Assembly (NCBI GenBank): GCA_016839365.1
Contig: JAEOUH010000071.1
Location: 12,219 to 76,218 of the forward strand
DNA: 64,000 nt
Reading direction: 5' to 3'
From: Candidatus Hermodarchaeota archaeon
GTDB taxonomy: Archaea > Asgardarchaeota > Hermodarchaeia > Hermodarchaeales > Hermodarchaeaceae
Part shown: piece by piece, positions 56,670 through 64,000 of the stretch
Layout of the letters: each line of letters starts with the position of its first letter
How positions within the stretch are numbered: the stretch's first letter is position 1
Notes under the pieces: model-generated
What the model was told of the DNA's origin: nothing
Databases searched by the model: none
Seen by the model: the letters and a program-made list of their open reading frames with translations, nothing else
Translations under genes and position numbers: made by a program

Positions 56670-57605
56670 TCACTTCTCTAGCTTTGCGCCACATTTTCCG
56701 CAGTGAGTGAACTCGCTGGGTAGGTATGCTGTTTTGCAGCTGGGACAGGTTTTTTCCCAGGGTCCCCATTTGAATTCAGGTGATTTCCCATCTGCGGCTT
56801 CCTGTCGTAATCGCATGTATGCGGGGGGTCGTTTCTCAACGAACGCCCACATTCCTTCATGAGGTTCTTGAGAACTGAAATGAACACTTAGCCAATCTCG
56901 TACGCTTGGCCAAGTTAGTGACCAGACAAAGTCCTTCCAGAAGTTCACTTGGGCTTTGGTAAAGCGGAGGCATTCGGGGAATTTTTCAAGGATTTTCTTT
57001 GACCATTCTGCGATAGTGTCATCAAGTTTGTCGTAAGGAACAACTTCGTTGACAAGTCCCCAATCCTTGGCTTTTTCAGCACTGATTCGATCACATGTGA
57101 AAAGCATTTCCCGGGCTCGGCGATCACCAATAATTAGTGGTAGCCACTGAGTCGCGCCTCCCGCGGCAACACTTCCAACACGTGTTCCGACTTGTAATAT
57201 TTCAACGTGGTCTGCAGCGATTGCAAGGTCACATGCCATTTGGACTTCATTTCCACCACCAGCAACGATACCATTTAGTCTCGCTATCACTGGTTTTCCA
57301 CAATGTCGTAGCAGATGTAAGGCACGTTCGAAGATTTCACACCATTTCCAAAAGTCTCGGGGTTTTTTCGTGTATTTGGTTGCATATTCTTTAACATCGC
57401 CACCAGTGCAGAAAGCTTTCTTGCCTGCACCAGTAACGACGATGATGCCAACTTCGTCATCCCATGATGCTGTATGAAGAGCATCACACATTTCGTTGAG
57501 CGTCAGAAGTGTATACGCATTATATTTGTCTGCACGGTTGATTGTGATAGTGGCGACCCAGTCTTTCTTCTCATAGAGAATTTCTTTGTATTGGGGTTTA
57601 GCCAT
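56670..57605 (-). CDS. MenB/BadI/Oah-clade crotonase with C-terminal zinc ribbon; candidate ring-opening oxoacyl-CoA hydrolase
   Basis: AFCTGGDVKEYA, NGIVAGGGNEVQMACDL, GSVAAGGATQWL and EGMWAFVEKRPP, then WEKTCPSCKTAYLPSEFTHCGKCGAKL. ATG 57605 lies 5-6 nt after GGTGGT. Confidence 0.78.
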   Translation of the reverse strand: MAKPQYKEILYEKKDWVATITINRADKYNAYTLLTLNEMCDALHTASWDDEVGIIVVTGAGKKAFCTGGDVKEYATKYTKKPRDFWKWCEIFERALHLLRHCGKPVIARLNGIVAGGGNEVQMACDLAIAADHVEILQVGTRVGSVAAGGATQWLPLIIGDRRAREMLFTCDRISAEKAKDWGLVNEVVPYDKLDDTIAEWSKKILEKFPECLRFTKAQVNFWKDFVWSLTWPSVRDWLSVHFSSQEPHEGMWAFVEKRPPAYMRLRQEAADGKSPEFKWGPWEKTCPSCKTAYLPSEFTHCGKCGAKLEK

Positions 57606-57762
57606 CTTAACCACCAAAGTTGGTGAGTAAGTAATAGATTCTCTTATTTGAAGTTTCTACTTGATACTAGAACTTTGAATAAGTATAGAATATTCCATTA
57701 TGAAAATGGATGTAAAAGGAAGGCACTTCAAAGAATCTATCTTATCTGCACTGATTAGCGAG

Positions 57763-58173
57763 TTAAGCAGGAATGAATACGTAGGAATCCAGCCCAAATG
57801 ATTTCTTTATCTTAATTTTTATTGGAGTACCAATTTTTAGATCTTCAAATTTAGCATTTTCTACTCGGGCAACGACTAAAATCCCTTCATCGAGTTTCCC
57901 GATGGCAATGATATATGGTAACAAATCCTTGAATGCCGGAGGTGATGCTCCGACATAGGTTTTCGCATAGATTTCTCCAGTACCTTTCAGTTCAATCCAT
58001 TCTGCAACCTTGCCTCCACACTGGGGGCAAGTGGATTTTGGAGGCCATAAAACGCCACAGTTTGGGCATTTTGTACTAGTAAATCTATTTTGAGCAAGAT
58101 TATCCCAGAATGGTTTGATTTGAGATTCAGGATAGACAAGATAGTAGGGAAGGTTCATGGGTTGTTCGGTCAA
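57763..58173 (-). CDS. DUF35 OB-fold/zinc-ribbon protein (thiolase partner)
   Basis: Rubredoxin-like CPNCGVLWPPKSTCPQCGG followed by an OB-fold region. It starts 1 nt after the thiolase gene stop. Confidence 0.85.
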   Translation of the reverse strand: MTEQPMNLPYYLVYPESQIKPFWDNLAQNRFTSTKCPNCGVLWPPKSTCPQCGGKVAEWIELKGTGEIYAKTYVGASPPAFKDLLPYIIAIGKLDEGILVVARVENAKFEDLKIGTPIKIKIKKSFGLDSYVFIPA

Positions 58174-58174
58174 T

Positions 58175-59344
58175 TTAGTTCTGCCTCCTTAGAATGTGAA
58201 CAACATGATGTGTAGCAAACCCACTAAGGTTCTGGGTAATTCCTGTGATTGCACCATCGACTTGCCGTGGGCCACATTCACCGCGTAACTGTTCTGTTAT
58301 TTCAGCAATTTGTGCAACACCTGTCGCACCCACAGGATGCCCTTTTGATTTGAGACCTCCAGAGGGATTAACAGGAATTCGTCCTCCGATTTCATTTTCA
58401 CCACTATCAATTAGTTGTGGTCCTTCTCCTTTCTTACATAATCCGAGATCTTCACATTCAATGAGTTCTGCAATAGTGAAGCAGTCGTGGGTTTCTGCAA
58501 GATCCATATCTTTGGGTTTGAGTTTTGCCATGGAATAGGCATTGTTTGCAGCATTTACTAATGCTCGCCATGTTGTCAGACTCTGCATATTTGAACAATT
58601 TAATGAAGGTTCCATGAATTGTCCTGAACCGATGACATCAACAGGAGTATCGTTGTACTTTCGGGCTTCTTTCGCAGGGACAAGAATTGCTGCTGCGGAC
58701 CCATCGGAAATCGGACTACAGTCATAAAGATTCAATGGGTGTGCAATCATGGGTGATTCAAGGACAGTTTCAATTGTAATTTCTTTTCTAAACTGTGCGA
58801 TTGGGTTTTTAGCGCCATTCTTATGATTTTTCACAGCAATCTTTGCTAGTTGTTCCTGAGTTACACCATACTCATGCATGTATCGTGATGCTATGAGGGC
58901 AAATCCTGAGGGAGGAATCATACCATGAAAACTTTCCCACGTTAGATCCTCTACTAAGCAGAGATTACGCATGGCTTCAGGAGAAGGTACATTGCACATT
59001 TTTTCTACGCCAGAAACAAGTGCAGAGTTCGCTTGTCCAGATGCAATAGCGAAGAACGCATTGCGAAATGCAGCGCCTCCACTTGCACAGGCCATTTCAA
59101 TTCTTGAGGTTACCTTCGGGGATATTCCCAGAAATTCAGCAGCAAGATTTGCCGGATGAGCTTGTTCGGTAAATCGTTCTGATTGAGCATTAGCAACATA
59201 CAATGCTTCAATATCCTTTGATGCTAGCCCCTTTGTATCTTCGAAGGCATGTTCTGCTGATTCAACAATGAGTTCACCCAATGAAACATCATTTCGTTTG
59301 CCCCATTGTGTGAGTCCGACACCTACAACAGCTACAGGTCTCAT
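58175..59344 (-). CDS. Thiolase-like protein (archaeal acetyl-CoA acetyltransferase / SCP-x type)
   Basis: Active-site Cys context IEMACASGGAAF, plus HDCFTIAE and GHPVGATG motifs. Confidence 0.88.
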   Translation of the reverse strand: MRPVAVVGVGLTQWGKRNDVSLGELIVESAEHAFEDTKGLASKDIEALYVANAQSERFTEQAHPANLAAEFLGISPKVTSRIEMACASGGAAFRNAFFAIASGQANSALVSGVEKMCNVPSPEAMRNLCLVEDLTWESFHGMIPPSGFALIASRYMHEYGVTQEQLAKIAVKNHKNGAKNPIAQFRKEITIETVLESPMIAHPLNLYDCSPISDGSAAAILVPAKEARKYNDTPVDVIGSGQFMEPSLNCSNMQSLTTWRALVNAANNAYSMAKLKPKDMDLAETHDCFTIAELIECEDLGLCKKGEGPQLIDSGENEIGGRIPVNPSGGLKSKGHPVGATGVAQIAEITEQLRGECGPRQVDGAITGITQNLSGFATHHVVHILRRQN

Positions 59345-59436
59345 TCTACTTCACCATTCAATTCGAAAGGAGCAACTCATCCTTTTTGCACCCTGCACTC
59401 TTTTAAGTGCATTCAACAAGCAATTTTAGTAAAAAT

Positions 59437-61371
59437 TTATTTTGAATCACGTATTGAATCAAAAGCTTCAGGATTCTCAACTGAGGATAAGTCACCGACG
59501 TCTTGTCCAAGATAAACTCGTTTGATTAATCGTCGGACAATTTTACCTGATCGGGTTTTAGGCAGAGCTGTTACAAATCGTACTTCTTCTGGAAGGAAGG
59601 GTTTTCCCATCGTTTTTCCAACATATTGTTTCAACTCTTCTCGAAGGTCCTCACTGATTTCAAATCCAGACTTGAGAACAACATAGGCAATGATTCCAGC
59701 CCCTTTGATTTCATGAGGAACTCCTACAGCAGCAACCTCAGAAACCGCTTTGTGGCTGATTAGGGCTGTTTCAATCTCAGATGGTCCAACTCGTTGACTT
59801 GACACCTTAATAACATCATCAGCCCGCCCCAAGAGGAACCAAAATCCATCCTCATCAACTTGAGCAAGATCACCATGCCACCACACACCTGGGAATGTCG
59901 ACCAATATGCTTCGATATAACGGTCTGGGGCATTCCAGAAACCTCTTGTCATTGAAGGGGCTGGCTTCCGGCAAACTAAGGTGCCAATATCTCCTCTAAC
60001 ACTTTTTCCTTGATCATCAACACAATCAATATCCATCCCCAACCCGGGGCCACGAAGAGTTCTGGGCTTTAAATCGTTGATAGGCATGGGGCTCAAGAAA
60101 CAACCAAAAATCTCAGTTCCTCCAGATATGTTGATTATTGGAAGTTTGTTTTTTCCAACCATTTTGAAATACCAGAGCCAACTGGTATCATCCCAGGGTT
60201 CGCCTGTAGAACCCAAAATGCGGAGAGAGCTTAAATCATGTTTCTTAACCCAAGTATCACCTAACCTAATGAGATATCGAATTGCTGTAGGCGAAATGCC
60301 AAATGCTGTAACTTTATGATCATGGATGGTTTTCCATAACTGATCTGGTGCTGGATAGTCAATTGCACCCTCGTAGATGAGATGAGCAGCACCTTGATGT
60401 TGTGCTCCAACGATTTGCCAGGGTCCCATCATCCACCCAAGATCACTCAGCCAAAACAGAGTATCAGTTTCTTTGATATCACAATAATAAGCGACTTCTT
60501 TGGCAGCCTGAGCTAAAGCCCCAGCATGGGAATGGACTGTACCTTTTGGCTTCCCAGTTGTGCCAGAACTGTATAGCACCATGGCAGGGTCTTCTGAATC
60601 CATTTGTACTGTAGATGCAGAAGACTCCATGCTGTCAATGGTATCGTGCCACCATAAATCAACAGCTTCATTCCAAGGAATTTTGATATCAAACCGATTG
60701 AATACAATCAAATGTTTAATCGATTTGACTCCATCAATGCTTATGTCAGCATTTTGTTTGAGAGGGATTTTTTTTCCACGTCGAGTCGAGTAATCCGCGG
60801 TAAAGAGAATTTTTGCTCCAACATCTTGGATACGCATTTTCACAGCATCAGGACTAAATCCAGAGAAGATTGGAACACCAATGGCTCCAATTTTATAACT
60901 GGCTAATAAAGCCATTACCGTTTCTGGAACCATTGGCATATAGATTGCGCAGGGATCGCCTTTTTTAATGCCTAACGAGTATAAGGCATTTGCAAGTTTA
61001 CAAACTCCCTCATCAAGTTGTTTATAAGTAAGAATTCTTTCCTCACCAGTTTCGCTCACCCAAATGAGTGCCATTTTTTCTGCACGTGGTGAATGAACAT
61101 GACGGTCTAGAATGTTGTGAATAATGTTGATTTTACCATCAAGAAACCACTTGGTCCATTCAATTCCTTTTGAGTCGTCTAATACTTTTGAATAAGGCTG
61201 ATACCATTCGACACCAAGATCCTTGAGGGCTGCATCCCAAAACCATTCAATGTCTTCTGTACTTCGATGTATTAGTTCGTCGTATGTTTTGATATTGTGT
61301 TTATTCATGAAACGGCGAATGTTACTATGGGTTTGATATTTACCAGAAGAACGCCAAACAATTCCATCCAT
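59437..61371 (-). CDS. Acetyl-CoA synthetase-like AMP-forming acyl-CoA synthetase
   Basis: WFLDGKINIIHNILDRH, YSSGTTGKPKG, GSTGEPW and LPKTRSGKIVRR. 644 aa. Confidence 0.88.
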   Translation of the reverse strand: MDGIVWRSSGKYQTHSNIRRFMNKHNIKTYDELIHRSTEDIEWFWDAALKDLGVEWYQPYSKVLDDSKGIEWTKWFLDGKINIIHNILDRHVHSPRAEKMALIWVSETGEERILTYKQLDEGVCKLANALYSLGIKKGDPCAIYMPMVPETVMALLASYKIGAIGVPIFSGFSPDAVKMRIQDVGAKILFTADYSTRRGKKIPLKQNADISIDGVKSIKHLIVFNRFDIKIPWNEAVDLWWHDTIDSMESSASTVQMDSEDPAMVLYSSGTTGKPKGTVHSHAGALAQAAKEVAYYCDIKETDTLFWLSDLGWMMGPWQIVGAQHQGAAHLIYEGAIDYPAPDQLWKTIHDHKVTAFGISPTAIRYLIRLGDTWVKKHDLSSLRILGSTGEPWDDTSWLWYFKMVGKNKLPIINISGGTEIFGCFLSPMPINDLKPRTLRGPGLGMDIDCVDDQGKSVRGDIGTLVCRKPAPSMTRGFWNAPDRYIEAYWSTFPGVWWHGDLAQVDEDGFWFLLGRADDVIKVSSQRVGPSEIETALISHKAVSEVAAVGVPHEIKGAGIIAYVVLKSGFEISEDLREELKQYVGKTMGKPFLPEEVRFVTALPKTRSGKIVRRLIKRVYLGQDVGDLSSVENPEAFDSIRDSK

Positions 61372-61506
61372 ACTGCGACACTCCTAGGGAATATTATATA
61401 CTGATATCGTTCAGTCTTTGTTCATATTTCTTTGTGATGATGTGTCTGTAACAATGAAATACTTTTTTACAGTAGATGTTTGTATTTGAGAAAAAGGTGG
61501 TCGATT

Positions 61507-62667
61507 GTGACAAATCGTGTTGCCATTATTGGCGTTGGGCAAAGTAGTTTTGGAATACGTCCCGACTCGTCAATCCGTGATTTGACATTTGAAGCATTTC
61601 ACGATGCTATTGAGGATACCAAGAATCTGGACAGGAATGATATTGATGCTTCATTGATTGCCACTGCAGCTGGCTATGATAAACAGAGGTCACCTGCAGC
61701 CGTGATTGCCGAATACTTAGAATTAAACCCTCAACCGACGTTTCTGACTGAAGCGGCTTGTGCATCTAGTACAGTTGCATTACGGACGGCTTGGTCCTTT
61801 GTGAAATCTGGTCTGCATGATGTTGTAGCTGTGATTGGTTATCAAAAAATGACAGATATGACCTCAGATGCAATTCAAGAAGTCATGGGCCGTGCAGGGG
61901 ATGTGATGTTTGAATCATCTTTTGGGACTAGTATGCCAGCATATTATGCCATGTTCGCCCGAGCACACATGAATGCATACGGGACAACAGAAGAAGACCT
62001 TGCTAAGGTTGCGGTAAAGAATCATTATTATAGCCAATATAATCCAAAAGCGATGTTTCAAAAAGAATTCACCTTGGAGAAAGTCCTGTCCACACGCGTA
62101 ATCGCCAGTCCATTGAAAAGCCTCGACTGCTGTGCAAATGCGGATGGTGCGTCATGCGTTATAGTGGCAAATGAAACAAAAGCAAAGAAGTTTGCTGAGC
62201 AGCCTGTCTGGATTAAGGGGTTGGGTCTAGGTTCGACAGCCATGTCACTTGCTAGCCGTAACCCGCCTTTCACCGGCTTTGAAAGTGCAAATGAAGCAGC
62301 CCGGCAAGCATACGCTATGGCAAAAATTCAGCCCACAGATATCGATGTTGCTGAAGTTCATGACTGCTTTACAATTGCAGAATTGATTTCTTATGGAGAT
62401 CTCGGATTCTGTAAACGTGAAGACAGCCCCAAAATGATTCGAGAAGAAGAAACGCATCTTGGTGGACGCATACCTGTGAATATTGATGGTGGACTTCTAT
62501 CAAAGGGTCATCCAGTTGGAGCAACCGGAGGTTCTCAGATTCGAACCCTTGTTCACCAACTTCGTGGTGAAGGAGGAAAAGTGCAAGTCGATGGAGCTAA
62601 GATCGCCTTAGGTCACAACGTTGGTGGCATTGGAATGTATACCAATGTGACTATTCTGGAGGCGTAA
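61507..62667 (+). CDS. Thiolase-like protein, second copy
   Basis: LTEAACASSTVAL, HDCFTIAE and GHPVGATG. GTG 61507 lies 6 nt after AAGGTGG (ORF track 61480). Confidence 0.88.
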   Translation: MTNRVAIIGVGQSSFGIRPDSSIRDLTFEAFHDAIEDTKNLDRNDIDASLIATAAGYDKQRSPAAVIAEYLELNPQPTFLTEAACASSTVALRTAWSFVKSGLHDVVAVIGYQKMTDMTSDAIQEVMGRAGDVMFESSFGTSMPAYYAMFARAHMNAYGTTEEDLAKVAVKNHYYSQYNPKAMFQKEFTLEKVLSTRVIASPLKSLDCCANADGASCVIVANETKAKKFAEQPVWIKGLGLGSTAMSLASRNPPFTGFESANEAARQAYAMAKIQPTDIDVAEVHDCFTIAELISYGDLGFCKREDSPKMIREEETHLGGRIPVNIDGGLLSKGHPVGATGGSQIRTLVHQLRGEGGKVQVDGAKIALGHNVGGIGMYTNVTILEA

Positions 62668-62690
62668 TTTAAAAATTTGAGGTGAGAAGA

Positions 62691-63113
62691 ATGGGGTTTG
62701 AACAGTTTGGTTTTGTCAGTTATGTTTCGCAAACAAAAATCGGTAAGTTTACTGAATACCTTAAAAACAATCGGCTAATGGGGACAAAATGTAAAAAATG
62801 TGGAAAAGTCTATTTTCCCCCCCGTGGTGATTGCACTTCATGTTTTGGAGAGGAAATTGAATGGATTGAAATGAAGGGGGAAGGCAAACTTGTTACTTAC
62901 ACTGAAGTCAATTTTGCTCCAACTGGATTTCAAGATGATGTTCCCTATATCCTAGCATTAGGACAGTTAAACAGTGGACATTATGTATTTGCCCGATTTG
63001 CCAAGGATGTCCAGATGGAACAGGTGAAAATTGGGATGTCCATTCAACTAGTCCCGTTTAGAATTGATGAGGAGCGAATAACCTACGAGTTTCAGATTCC
63101 CTATTTTGACTAG
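62691..63113 (+). CDS. DUF35 OB-fold/zinc-ribbon protein, second copy
   Basis: CKKCGKVYFPPRGDCTSCFG followed by an OB-fold region. ATG 62691 lies 5 nt after GAGGTGA. Confidence 0.85.
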   Translation: MGFEQFGFVSYVSQTKIGKFTEYLKNNRLMGTKCKKCGKVYFPPRGDCTSCFGEEIEWIEMKGEGKLVTYTEVNFAPTGFQDDVPYILALGQLNSGHYVFARFAKDVQMEQVKIGMSIQLVPFRIDEERITYEFQIPYFD

Positions 63114-64000
63114 CGGAATTCTGGTATGACCTCAGTGGCGAAGAGCTTTAGGGTATCCTTGAGCATTTTTGGAGGAACAAAGAAGTTGACAACCAAATGC
63201 TGTACACCAGCCTTTTGATAAGCTTTGATGCCTTTGATAACATCATCTGGTGTTCCAAAGAAAACAGGGGCTTTGTCAAGAACTTCATCGGGAATCTCTT
63301 TGGCCATCGCGAGTAATTTTTCAGTAACATCTGAGTTCATCACAAGATGCCACGTCATATCAAATTCGTCTGTGATATCTTTATAGCCTAATCGATGAAG
63401 AATACGGGGTCGTGTAAGAAAATAGATTTTCGCTCCTAGTCCCACGCTTTTTCGAGCTGTCTCATACTCATCGGCTACTACTGTAAACACAAATGCTGCT
63501 GGCTCAATTGCATTAGGATCCCGTTTTGCCTGCTTCGCATGAGCTCGAACAATCTGTAATTTTTCTGCATATTCATCTGGGAACATGCTAGCGGGAACCC
63601 ATCCATCTCCTAATTCTCCTGCCATCTTCATGGTTTTAGGCGAATTAGCGGCTATCCAAACAGGAGGATTTGGTTCCTGAATTGGTCGTGGTTGGAGAAA
63701 CGCATTATCTAGTTTGTAATACTTACCCTTGTAATTGGACACTTCTTGTGTCCATAACATTCTCATGACTTTCACGGCTTCACGTGTGCGTCCAAGAGGT
63801 TTTTTGAGATCAATTCCGAATGGGAAGAGATTCATTGCCTCACCCAGCCCAATACCGACAATTGCGCGTCCATTTGAGATGTGATCACAGGTGGTGACCA
63901 TCTGTGCCAAAGCCGCTGGATGGTGGCGATAAGTATCACCTACGCAAGTACCTAATTTGACATTCTTCGTCTGAGTGGCCACAGCAGAGAGTGCTGACCA
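63110..64000 (-). CDS. Luciferase-like (LLM) flavin/F420-dependent oxidoreductase, N-terminus beyond the window end
   Basis: GRAIVGIGLGEAMNLFPFGI and ANSPKTMKMAGELGDGW are typical LLM patterns. The frame remains open from 63982 to 64000. Confidence 0.78.
   Translation of the reverse strand, partial: WSALSAVATQTKNVKLGTCVGDTYRHHPAALAQMVTTCDHISNGRAIVGIGLGEAMNLFPFGIDLKKPLGRTREAVKVMRMLWTQEVSNYKGKYYKLDNAFLQPRPIQEPNPPVWIAANSPKTMKMAGELGDGWVPASMFPDEYAEKLQIVRAHAKQAKRDPNAIEPAAFVFTVVADEYETARKSVGLGAKIYFLTRPRILHRLGYKDITDEFDMTWHLVMNSDVTEKLLAMAKEIPDEVLDKAPVFFGTPDDVIKGIKAYQKAGVQHLVVNFFVPPKMLKDTLKLFATEVIPEFR

Noticed and set aside
1-64000. I searched the intergenic gaps for tRNA/rRNA genes, CRISPR repeats, IS elements or integrases, and long direct repeats.
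   Set aside because: I found no T-arm-like GGTTCGAATCC-type motifs in the gaps, no regularly spaced repeats, and no transposase or integrase-like ORFs. By-eye scanning could miss short or degenerate elements.

Overview
This is a densely coding window of about 60 genes on both strands. I found no rRNA, tRNA, CRISPR array, transposase or integrase. All calls rest on motif recognition in the supplied translations and on my own reading of the DNA; no homology search was run.

The gene content looks archaeal: TrmB and Lrp regulators, IOR, AOR, thiolase/DUF35 pairs, and TATA-proximal leaderless starts. A longin/roadblock-small GTPase fusion suggests an Asgard-type lineage, but that is inference only.

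- **1-14.8 kb:** metal homeostasis (dtxR-feoB), DNA repair, thioredoxin, the grpE-dnaK-dnaJ operon, TldD/PmbA, and small housekeeping genes.
- **14.9-36.4 kb:** peptidases (an atypical C11-like protein, PepF/M3B, M32), glutamine synthetase, aminotransferases and a radical SAM enzyme, interspersed with orphan genes. The orphans include a tandem pair of Cys/His-rich zinc-ribbon paralogs and an orphan trio at 34.3-36.3 kb.
- **36.4-64 kb:** an anaerobic aryl/acyl-CoA catabolic island. It holds IorAB, a seven-gene Bcr/Bzd-type ATP-dependent aryl-CoA reductase-like operon with ferredoxin and an Fe-S flavoprotein, and candidate Dch/Had/Oah-like enzymes. It also holds a MoaD-like/AOR/polyferredoxin/flavoprotein module, Hbd, two thiolase-DUF35 pairs, an AMP-forming CoA synthetase and a luciferase-like oxidoreductase.

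The best candidates for novelty are:
- the aryl-CoA reductase pathway in this lineage;
- the C11-like protein whose His/Cys dyad positions read Lys/Ser;
- the uncharacterised Cys-rich paralog cluster;
- the zinc-ribbon tail that recurs on unrelated proteins.
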